Source of the DNA: Macrostomum lignano
Taxonomy: Eukaryota
Assembly: GCA_002269645.1 (NCBI GenBank)
Contig: NIVC01002754.1
Coordinates: 1 to 64,000, forward strand
Direction: 5' to 3'
Length of the DNA stretch: 64,000 bases
The notes beneath the pieces are model-generated. The model saw nothing but the letters and a program-made list of their open reading frames with translations, made no database searches and was not told the origin of the DNA. Each line of letters begins with the position of its first letter. Within the stretch, counting starts at the first letter, position 1. The position numbers and the translations under genes are program-made. Shown here one piece after another: positions 12,870 to 24,250 of the stretch.

Positions 12870-14870
12870 CTCCACACTCTTCACTCTATCCCCACACACT
12901 CTTCACTCTATCCCCACACACTCTTCACTCTATCCCCACACACTCTTCATTCTATCCCCACACACTCTTCACTCTATCCCCACACACTCTTCATTCTATC
13001 CCCACACACTCTTCACTCTATCCCCCCACACTCTTCACTCTATCCCCACACACTCTTCACTCTATCCCCCCACACTCTTCACTCTATCCCCACACACTCT
13101 TCACTCTATCCCCACACACTCTTCACTCTATCCCCACACACTCTTCACTCTATCCCCCCACACTCTTCACTCTATCCCCACACACTCTTCACTCTATCCC
13201 CACACACTCTTCACTCTATCCCCACACACTCTTCATTCTATCCCCACACACTCTTCACTCTATCCCCACACACTCTTCACTCTATCCCCACACACTCGCT
13301 TCACTCTATCCCCACACACTCTTCATTCTATCCCCACACACTCTTCACTCTATCCCCCCACACTCTTCACTCTATCCCCACACACTCTTCACTCTATCCC
13401 CCCACACTCTTCACTCTATCCCCACACACTCTTCACTCTATCCCCACACATTCTTCACTCTATCCCCACACATTCTTCACTCTATCCCTACATATTCTTC
13501 ACTCTATCCCCCCACACTCTTCATTCTATCTCCACACATTCTTCCCTCTCTCCCCACACATTCTTCACTCTATCCCCACACATTCTTCACTCTATCCCCA
13601 CACATTCTTCACTCTATCCCCACACACTCTTCACTCTATCCCCACACACTCTTCACTCCATCCCCACACACTCTTCACTCCATCCCCACACACTCTTCAC
13701 TCTATCCCCACACACTCTTCACTCTATCCCCACACACTCTTCACTCTATCCCCCCACACTCTTCACTCCATCCCCACACACTCTTCACTCTATCCCCACA
13801 CACTCTTCACTCTATCCCCACAAATTCTTCATTCTATCTCCACACCCCCTTCACTCTATCCCCCCACACTCTTCACTCTATCCCCACACACTCTTCACTC
13901 CATCCCCACACACTCTTCACTCTATCCCCCCACACTCTTCACTCAATCCCCACACACTTTTCACTCTATCCCCCCACACTCTTCACTCTATCCCCACACA
14001 CTCTTCACTCTATCCCCCCACACTCTTCACTCCATCCCCACACACTCTTCACTCTATCCCCACACACTCTTCACTCTATCCCCACAAATTCTTCATTCTA
14101 TCTCCACACCCCCTTCACTCTATCCCCCCACACTCTTCACTCTATCCCCACACACTCTTCACTCCATCCCCACACACTCTTCACTCTATCCCCCCACACT
14201 CTTCACTCAATCCCCACACACTTTTCACTCTATCCCCCCACACATTCTTCATTCTATCCCTAAACATTCTTCACTCTATCCCCACACATTCTTCACTCTA
14301 TCCCCACACACTCTTCACTCTATCCCCCCACACTCTTCACTCAATCCCCACACACTTTTCACTCTATCCCCCCACACATTCTTCATTCTATCTCCACACA
14401 TTCTTGCCTCTTTCCCCACACATTCTTCACTCTATCCCCACATATTCTTCATTCTATCTCCACATCCCCTTCACTCTATCCCCCCACACTCTTCACTCTA
14501 TCCCCCCACACATTCTTCATTCTATCCCTACACATTCTTCACTCTATCCCCACACATTCTTCACTCTATCCCCACACACTCTTCACTCTATCCCCACACA
14601 TTCTTCACTCTATCCCCACACATTCTTCACTCTATCCCTACATATTCTTCACTCTATCCCCCCACACTCTTCATTCTATCTCCACACATTCTTCCCTCTC
14701 TCCCCACACATTCTTCACTCTATCCCCACACATTCTTCACTCTATCCCCACACATTCTTCACTCTATCCCCACACATTCTTCACTATATCCCCACACATT
14801 CTTCACTCTACCCACACACTCTTCACTCCATCCCCACACACTCTTCACTCCATCCCCACACCCTACATTC
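12870..14870. repeat. 22-bp minisatellite, ~90 copies
   Basis: Unit CACACTCTTCACTCTATCCCCA; explains the three long His/Pro/Ser/Thr ORFs. Confidence 0.97.
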
Positions 14871-14950
14871 CATCGCCACGCCCTCCATCCAACTTAATTA
14901 TTTTATCCCTTGGTTTGTGTCTAATCTAAAGACTTAAAAGGGATAAATAC

Positions 14951-17900
14951 TCACTGATCCTCAAAGAACCATGGACTTTTGGGCCTCTGCGGTGAGGCCG
15001 GGTTGGTGCCGTTCCCGTTTGCCGCGTTGCCATTGGTTACGCCGTTGTCTGGCGATGGCAACTCCGAAAAGTCCTTCTGCGACGGCGCAGTGGCCTGACT
15101 TTTCGGTCCGTAGCCGCCCAGCTGCTGCTCGTAAAATTTCACCGGCAGTTTAAGGGCGTCAAGAGCGCGCTGAAGGGTTGAAGTTTGGGACAGGTCGCAT
15201 CATTGGGGGCGCTGCTTCATTTCATTTTCCACTCTTTTTCTTAAATCCTGGACGCCAGCACCAGAGGCGCCACCACCAGGGGCGCCAGCACCAGGGGCGC
15301 CAGCACCAGGGGGCGCCAGCACCAGGGGCGCCAGCACCAGGGGCGCCAGCACCAGGGGCGCCAGCACTAAGGGCTTTAGAAAAAGGGGCTTTAGCACCAG
15401 GGGCTTTAGCACCAGGGGCTTTAGCACCAGGGGCTTTAGCACCAGGGGCTTTAGCACCAGGGGCTTTAGCACCAGGGGCTTTAGCACCAGGGGCTTTAGC
15501 ACCAGGGGCTTTAGCACCAAGGGGTTTTAGTATGCTGTTGGTCTGAAACAATAACTTCGTCCTACTGAAGCAGATAAAAAGTATTTCTTAAACAGATACG
15601 ATACACCAAACTCACCAAGTGCTGCACGTATTTAATCAGAACAATAAGCGCTACTAACAATACTACTGGCAGTACGCATAGCAGTACAATAGCATAGACT
15701 GGAAAAGCCGAACTAGCTGGTGGAGCAGTAGTGGCTGACAACTGAGCTGTGGTGGCATCCAACCCTGAGCCAACGAACAGCAGGTCCAAGTCGGTCCCGT
15801 ATCCGGGCATGAGCGCACGCAGCAGTTGCTGCATTCTGGCGTCGCTGGCCCCGTCTGCAACCAGCAGCTCGCCGCGCAGACTTGTCAACCCGTCCGACGT
15901 TCGATTTTCAAATCGAATCGATCGGAAATCGCCTATTAGTGAGGCTAGTTCGGGCGAAGCTCTCACGGTGCCAGTGAGCAGGTAGTAAGCCTGACTAGCC
16001 AACGATTGAGCTGCTGACCCGTTAGGCGCCTTGCTCAACTGGGCATCGAAGGGCAGTTTAGGCAGACGCCAGCTGATCGCCACTGCTCGGGCCGCGGGCA
16101 GCACCGGGTCCTGACCGATGGGACAGACGCAGGTTGCGGCCTCAGCCTGGCGGCGTCTTCTTCTTCTGGTGTTTGGACAATTGTAAGCCGGAAACGATCC
16201 GGACATTGTGACGCTGAGCTTATAATTGCTGGCTGAGTCCGTTTTTGAACTCGGATTAATCACCACGTATCGAATGTCGATGCCGTATCTGTTCACAACC
16301 TCGTTTGTTGCGCAATATTTTGTGCCGACAGAAGTTCCCGGATAGATAATCTTGTTAAAAGGATTGTTTTCCATTTTTTTACGCACATCCGCTGTAACCG
16401 TGGCCACGTTGCATCCTGTGCACGCGTTCGAAACGCACACCTATAGTTGTTAAAGAACCGCCTGGTTTAACCGATTCTATATGTACCTGTGGATGCTTAA
16501 GTACATTTGTAATACAAAATGAATCAATTGACTAAGAACAAGAGGCCCTTAAGTAGGGGTTAATTTAGTAGGTGAAAATGTTTGTAAACGTTATAGAAAT
16601 CATTATTAAAACCTTAAAGCGTTATATAGCCCAGCGGTCTAGCGAATCTTGGCTTGGCTCTGCTTGTGCAATTATAACGGGTTTGAGGGCCAACCCCCAA
16701 GGCACAGCTAGTGAAGTGTACATGCCTAACGATAGATAAAGTCAAGGCCGCTGTACACTCGTGTAAGTGTGTGTCTGTGTGTGTGTGACTGTGTACGACT
16801 GCGTGCGAATGTGCCTGCTCAGGGGAGTCGGCGGAATGGGCAGTAATGCCCCACGCCGGTTGTGTGACAATGTCGCTTAAAGTGCGCCAGGGTGCACACA
16901 GCCCCTGCCTTTAATTAAAAATTTTACAAAAACTTTCATCTCTTATATAGGGCTTTTGTAAACTGGATGCATCACTATCAACAAAATAGTATTCAATAAT
17001 TCTACGAGCGTAATACTTCAAAGTAGACAAATCTCACCATAGTGATTTGCGGATATCCTCTGCAGATAGCATTGGTTGGACCAATTCTAGTGTCGAGGAC
17101 AACTTGACTGTCTGATTGATCTGGCACGGTAAACGCGGACGTACTAGCCTCAAATGTGTAGCCAGTTGTTGACAATTGAAATGCGTTCACAACGAAAACT
17201 TTTGATAAAGAATCGTCCGTGATATTTGTGAAGGCTGGAATCGAAACGTTTTTTTGGAATTAGTTGGAATGCCTAATTATCATGAAAAAATGTGCGCTTA
17301 GTTTTATATCTAGACTAACCAGCTGGAGTTGTTGGTGGGATTGTAGTAACAGTCGATGGTGCAGCAGTCGATGGTGCAGCAGTCGATGGTGCAACAGTCG
17401 ATGGTGCAACAGTCGATGGTGCAACAGTCGATGGTACAACAGTCGTTGGTGCAGCAGTCGATGGTACAACAGTCGTTGGTGCAGCAGTCGTTGGTGCAGC
17501 AGTCGATGGTGCAACAGTCGTTGGTGCAGCAGTCGATGGTGCAGCAGTCGTTGGTGCAGCAGTCGTTGGTGCAGCAGTCGTTGGTGCAGCAGTCGTTGGT
17601 GCAGCAGTCGTTGGTGCAACAGTCGTTGGTGCAACAGTCGTTGGTGCAACAGTCGTTGGTGCAACAGTCGTTGGTGCAGCAGTCGTTGGTGCAACAGTCG
17701 TTGGTGCAACAGTCGTTGGTGCAGCAGTCGTTGGTGCAGCAGTCGTTGGTGCAACAGTCGTTGGTGCAGCAGTCGTTGGTGCAGCAGTCGTTGGTGCAAC
17801 AGTCGTTGGTGCAACAGTCGTTGGTGCAACAGTAGTTGGTGCAACAGTCGTTGGTGCAGCAGTCGTTGGTGCAGCAGTCGATGGTGTAGCAGTCGTTGGT

Positions 17901-20900
17901 GCAACAGTCGTTTGCTCAAAAGTCGATGGTGCGACAGTCGTTGGTGCAACAGTTGATGCAGAACCTACAATATTTTTTAAGTGCTCCTTTGGAGTCAGGT
18001 TCACAATCGAGGACTTTACTGCAATCCACTACTTTTACTGTGATAGGCGTGCAATTAAGACAACATGTAATCATGAACTGTTAGTGAAGTGACAAAATTA
18101 ATTAACTTTATATGAAGCTAATCCTTTCCTGACTCATTATACAACTGGTTTCACTTAGAAAACCCTGGATTACCTAAATCTGTTGCTCCACCTGTAACAA
18201 CTCCAATTGATGCAGTCGTGGCGCTGCCTCCGGCTCCACCGGTGCCTCCTCCAGGCACTGTCGTAGGGGTGCCTCCAGCTCCACCGGTGCCTCCTCCAGG
18301 CACTGTCGTAGGGGTGCCTCCGGCTCCACCGGTGCCTCCTCCAGGCACTGTCGTAGCGGTGCCTCCAGCTCCACCGGTGCCTCCTCCAGGCACTGTCGTA
18401 GGGGTGCCTCCGGCTCCACCGATGCCTCCTCCAGGTATTGTCGTAGCGGTGCCTCCAGCTCCTCCGGTGCCTCCAGGTACTGTCGTAGGGGTGCCTCCGG
18501 CTCCACCGGTGCCTCCTCCAGGCACTGTCGTAGCAGTGCCTCCAGCTCCACCGGTGCCTCCTCCAGGCACTGTCGTAGGGGTGCCTCCGGCTCCACCGGT
18601 GCCTCCTCCAGGTATTGTCGTAGCGGTGCCTCCAGCTCCTCCGGTGCCTCCAGGTACTGTCGTAGCGGTGCCTCCGGCTCCACCGGTGCCTCCAGGTACT
18701 GTCGTAGCGGTGCCTCCAGCTCCTCCGGTGCCTCCTCCAGGTATTGTGGTAGCGGTGCCTCCAGGTACTGTCGTAGAGGTGCCTCCAGCTCCACCGGTGC
18801 CTCCAGGTACTGTCGTAGCGGTACCTCCAGCTCCACCGGTGCCTCCTCCAGGCACTGTCGTAGGGGTGCCTCCGGCTCCACCGGTGCCTCCTCCAGGCAC
18901 TGTCGTAGCAGTGCCTCCAGCTCCACCGGTGCCTCCTCCAGGCACTGTCGTAGGGGTGCCTCCGGCTCCACCGGTGCCTCCAGGTATTGTCGTAGCGGTG
19001 CCTCCAGCTCCTCCGGTGCCTCCAGGTACTGTCGTAGCGGTGCCTCCGGCTCCACCGGTGCCTCCAGGTACTGTCGTAGCGGTGCCTCCAGCTCCTCCGG
19101 TGCCTCCTCCAGGTATTGTGGTAGCGGTGCCTCCAGGTACTGTCGTAGAGGTGCCTCCAGCTCCACCGGTGCCTCCAGGTACTGTCGTAGCGGTGCCTCC
19201 AGCTCCACCGGTTCCTCCTCCAGGTATTGTCGTAGCGGTGCCTCCAGCTCCACCGGTGCCTCCTCCAGGTATTGTCGTAGCGGTGCCTCCTGCCCCTCCG
19301 GTGCCTTCAGGTACTGTCGTGGCGGTACCTCCGGCTCCACCGGTGCCTCCAGTTTCCCCGGTGCCTCCACGTACTGTCGTAGCGGTGCCTCCGGCTCCAT
19401 TGGTGCTTCCAGGTACTGTCGTAGAGGTTCCGCCGGCTCCACCGGTGCCTCCAGTTTCACCGGTGCCTCCTCCAGGTATTGTGGGATTGGTGCTTCCGGT
19501 TCCACCGGTGCCTCCAGTTTCACCGGTGCCTCCTCCAGGTGGTGTTGTCACTGACCCAGCGCTCATATCACTGGTGCTACGTGAACTAAGTGTGTTGGTT
19601 TCTGTGCCTGTTACAAGGTGTGCATGATGTTTTGCTAAGTGATAATATTTCGCTAATGTTGCAAAATTTGTGACTATTTCGCTAGTGGGTTTGAGTCATT
19701 TTCGTCAAAAGTTAGTATTGCGTCGAAACAATTTAGACAATTGCTTCTTGTAAAGTGATGATCTTAGACTTAAAGCTTACCGGTGACAAGTTAATGTTTG
19801 ATATATTCAGTGATGCTATACACAAGAGCTATATTTGGCTACAATTTTACATGTAAATTGCCTAGAGCAAATCTGTCATTTTACGCAATGAATGCAGCCT
19901 CACCAAACACTGCAGATTTCGTTTCGCTTGAGCCTGCTCCGAAAGCTGTCGTGTCAGTGCCTCCAGCTCCACCGGTGCCTCCTCCAGGTACTGTCGTGTC
20001 AGTGCCTCCAGCTCTACCGGTGCCTCCTCCAGGTGCAGTCGTGTCAGTGCCTCCAGCTCCACCGGTGCCTCCTCCAGGTACTGTCGTGTCAGTGCCTCCA
20101 GCTCCACCGGTGCCTCCTCCAGGTACTGTCGTGTCAGTGCCTCCAGCTCCACCGGTGCCTCCTCCAGGTACTGTCGTGTCAGTGCCTCCAGCTCCACCGG
20201 TGCCTCCTCCAGGTACTGTCGTGTCAGTGCCTCCAGCTCCACCGGTGCCTCCTCCAGGTACTGTCGTGTCAGTGTCTCCAGCTCCACCGGTGCCCCCTCC
20301 AGGTGCAGTCGTGACGGTGCCTCCGGATCCACCGGTATCTGTCCCACTTCCTCCTCCAGGTGCAGTCGTGTCAGTGCTTCCAGCTCCACCGGTGCCTCCT
20401 CCAGGTGCAGTCGTGGCGGTGCCTCCAGCTCCACCGGTGCCTCCTCCAGGTGCAGTCGTGGCGGTGCCTCCAGATTCATCGGTGCCTCCAGCTCCACCGG
20501 TGCCCCCTCCAGGTGCAGTCGTGACGGTGCCTCCGGATCCACCGGTATCTGTCCCACTTCCTCCTCCAGGTGCAGTCGTGTCAGTGCTTCCAGCTCCACC
20601 GGTGCCTCCTCCAGGTGCAGTCGTGGCGGTGCCTCCAGCTCCACCGGTGCCTCCTCCAGGTACTGTCGTGTCAGTGCCTCCAGCTCCACCGGTGCCTCCT
20701 CCAGGTACTGTCGTGTCAGTGCCTCCAGCTCCACCGGTGCCTCCTCCAGGTGCAGTCGTGACGGTGCCTCCGGATCCACCGGTTTCTGTCCCACTTCCTC
20801 CTCCAGGTGCAGTCGTGTCAGTGCTTCCAGCTCCACCGGTGCCTCCTCCAGGTGCAGTCGTGGCGGTGCCTCCAGCTCCACCGGTGCCTCCTCCAGGCGC

Positions 20901-21481
20901 AGTCGTGGCAGTGCCTCCAGATTCACCGGTGCCTCCTCCAGGTGCAGTCGTGGCGGTGCCTCCAGATTCACCGGTGCCTCCTCCAGGTGCAGTCGTAGCA
21001 GTGCCTCCAGTTCCACCGGTGCCTCCTCCAGGTACTGTCGTGTCAGTGCCTTTTGCGTAAAAACCGGGGCCTCCTCCAGGTACTGTCGTGTCAGTGCCTC
21101 CAGCTCCACCGGTGCCTCCTCCAGGTGCAGTCGTAGCAGTGCCTACAGCTCCACCGGTGCCTCCTCCAGGTGCAGTCGTAGCGGTACCTCCAGTTCCACC
21201 GGTGCCTCCACCCTGCAGAGTAGTCGCCGATGGCAAAGTGCTAAAGACGGTGGGCCCAGCTGTTGTCAAATAGATGGATGTCGAGGGATTGCAGACGCAG
21301 GTCCCAGTTGCAGTTGTCTGACCAGTGACACCTGTAAATGTTTCAAAATGAAAATTAACTCTTTTATTTTGCAAAGGACTTTGCAGTAATTTAAGCTGAG
21401 GCAAGCTAATACGTTACCTGTATTTTCCATAACCGTACTGGTAAGTATCAACAGGGCACATGTAATCAACCTGGTCATCAA
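14951..21481 (-). CDS. Type I transmembrane mucin-like glycoprotein (~1600 aa): signal peptide, two Gly/Thr repeat exons, an (A/V)APTT repeat exon, Cys-rich region, polybasic RRRRRR site, SEA-like domain, TM helix and cytoplasmic tail
   Basis: Exons 21481-21418, 21331-19904, 19607-18174, 17964-17320, 17234-17038, 16440-15616 and 15169-14951, all GT-AG and phase-consistent (4812 nt). Signal peptide MMTRLITCALLILTSTVMENTG; TM VYAIVLLCVLPVVLLVALIVLI. A possible alternative last exon is 12859-12811, via a donor at 14954. Confidence 0.85.
15252..15530 (-). repeat. 15-bp minisatellite with two unit variants (GCACCAGGGGCGCCA, then GCACCAGGGGCTTTA) in mucin intron 6
   Basis: Direct reading; reverse complement of the 3735 family. 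Confidence 0.95.
16620..16915 (+). mobile_element. SINE-like dispersed repeat in mucin intron 5
   Basis: A-box-like TAGCCCAGCGG (16627) and a degenerate B-box GGTTTGAGGGCC. The body (AGGGCCAA.CCCAAGGC.CAG...GTACATGCC...AAAGTCA.GGCCGCTGTACAC) is shared with 24965-25200 on the - strand. Confidence 0.45.
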
Positions 21482-24250
21482 CCATATCCTCTACATGATT
21501 AAAAAAATGTACGCCTAAATTAACAAAGTTAAAGTATAATAGTAGATTTTTTTATTAACGAAACATGCAGAGCTCTATAATTATGCACCTTAAAAGTTAT
21601 TGAGAGTTTCTGTTCTCGGTAGCTAGCAGTCTGTTTTACCGTAAGGTCTGTGTAATATACTATTCGACACAAGATGGCACGCCCTAGTGGATAGTGGCTA
21701 TAGGCCAATACCCACCCACACGCACAGACACTACATGCCACAGAGAGAGAAATTGCTGCAATCTACAATAGAACTATTAAATAACACTGCAGATGCCCAA
21801 TCCGATGAAGTGCAGCAATTTCTCACATAACCCATGACAGTGGTGGAATATGACGGCTTTTTCGTGCAAATGCATGCATTTTTCTATTAACCTTCAATCC
21901 TGTTTGCTTTTAGGCGTGCCCAGACGACACTGGAGGGCGAACTGTGTGGGTTGAAGAGAAGAAATAGAAAAACTACAAAAAAAGAGAAAAAAATCTTTAA
22001 ACAAATTTGAGCTGAGTAATCATCTTGAGAAAAAATTTGAAGCCTGCTATACTTTGTACTGAATCCATGGACAATAAAGGCAGTCGCTAAAACGTTGGTG
22101 GAAAAACTATGCTGCAGTTCTGACTATAAGATAGGAAAGAACAGAACCTACTGTTGTGCTTTCAAGGCGAGATCAACACTGTCTAAAAATTATCTTTTAA
22201 TTTCAATATTTGCATGAGTATAACCTACTGTCTGTAACTAAGCCATACTATTTCTATTGTGCTTGAAGGGTCGCCTTCTTAACTTCCATCTTCTCACCGC
22301 GTGCTTACTCACTGCGTGCTACTCTGTGTCCGCACTCTCTCCTCTCCGAGTCCGATCTCTACAATTTTTCTATCCTTTCATCTGTGCAGCATCACAACAG
22401 AAAAAAAGTAATTTTCTGCAGCTTGAGAGAGCAGATTTGCAAACTGATAGCCAGCGGGGTGCTCGCTTCAATGAATGAACCTGAGTATCTTTTCAGTTTT
22501 AAGAATGAAATGCAATTGTGTGGGTACTTGTGCCATCTGCTTGAAATGAATACCCTTCCTTCTTATAGTGAGCAAGTGGCTGAGTTATTTGCTTAATTTT
22601 GTTATTTCAAAAGCAAACCGCAAACTGATTCTTAAAATTATTTAATATTAAAAAAATTGTTGATTTGTTCACCATTTTATATTCAAAATTAAAGTTTTCT
22701 ACGATGGAGTGCGTGACGATTAAGGCGGGAGACTTTTTGTGTAGCGGATAATTTAATTTAGTTTGATTGAGTCAACGATCCAGATCAGCAGCCGCGATTT
22801 CACACTAGCGTAATGTACATTAGTACTTAATGAACTTTAATGCAATGGTCTCTGGTTGCGCTTTGCGAAAACCGGTCGGGACCCTGTTGTTGATTGGTGG
22901 GCCGAGGTAGGCTCGAGGAAACATGATATCAATTGATAAACAAGCCTAGCTAATCCATCAGACAACCCCTTGAGACGCAATGTACAAATTAATCGATAAA
23001 ATATCGTGCTAGAATACTGCGAAGTAAATTCATATGCATAGATAGGAACTACTTTGCGAGAAGTGACACAATATGCATGAAATACAAATAATATAATAAA
23101 TACATGCGAGGCGACAAATAACTACAAATACAAAAGCAACATAAGCGTAACCTTAATACGTATTTGATATTGTTAAAATGAATGAATGATTACAAGTAGT
23201 ATGGTATGCGTGCGAAATGCGATCTTACAGTAAAATTTGAAGCGCATAATTGACTTAGTCAGTTTTTTATGGATCTTGTTTGCAGCATGCAAGTACGACC
23301 GAAATTTTGCTGAGTAAAGTGCTTTGATTTTTTTATTATTGACAATCATGAGTGTGCAATCGAAAGAAGACCAAAGGCACAGAATGCTCAAGCGATGGGA
23401 AAAGTATGTTGTTACAGGTGGAGACTATGTTGAGAAGGCTGCCTTGAAGGTTGCTAATGATGATGAATGACTACAATTCATTTCTTAAAAGGAAAAAACA
23501 TCGCCTTTTGTATTTTTTAAACTCTTACTGTAAGACTATTCATGCATAACTTTTGAATGAAATGACCAAAATACACGCGACTGAATTCATTGGAAAGAAG
23601 AGATTTGCCGCTTTGAAATGACACCAAAGTTGTGCTTGTAGAGCTGCTACTGTCTTGCTCTGGGATTAAAAGTGTCAGAACCAGTGTCAGAACCACTGTT
23701 TAGTACTTTTAGTAGCAATTAGTACATGTAGGTGCTGCCACTATACTATGACAATTCACGGCGAAAATCTAAATTGTGACTCCGTTTGCTCAAACTAAGC
23801 CTGAGGATTCTTCTTTGATACCAGAACAAAAAACGAATTCGAAAAAGTTTCGCCTCAAGTGCATGTCATCGTATGAAATAAAAAAGGCAAAAACTGAAAC
23901 AAGTATATTTTAATTAAAGTCAGTAACCTAATGCTTTAAAAAAATTATTTACATGCTTTATATAGTAAACGGAATAGTAAATATGATAGTTGTTAATATA
24001 GTTTCGCGAAAACTAGTCAATTATTTTCGCACAGCGATATTATAAAAATGAACTACAGGTAAAAAAGACTTGCTCTATATCTAAGCAATTGAAGGTGAAA
24101 AAGTTTGGAAGTAGAATATTTATAGCTACTGTTAAAACGAGCCGTTTTTAAATTGAAACAAGTGTTTTTTGATACTGCAAGCTTATTTCTGAGTTGAGCT
24201 CTACTATAATCTACAATAACTAGTTGATTAAAAAGTAACACGAACAAACG

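Noticed and set aside
12620-14937. Three long His/Pro/Ser/Thr-rich ORFs (547-741 aa)
   Set aside because: All three + frames are open because the 22-bp unit lacks stops on that strand; this is a satellite, not a gene.
17264-17956. Cys/Trp-rich (WCSSR)n and (LVQQS)n ORFs
   Set aside because: Antisense readings of the 15-bp APTT repeat exon.
18218-21060. Pro-rich (PPAPPVPP) plus-strand ORFs and LEAP/RQYL ORFs
   Set aside because: These are antisense or off-frame shadows of the mucin repeat exons; splice sites and the signal peptide support only the Gly/Thr frame on the minus strand.
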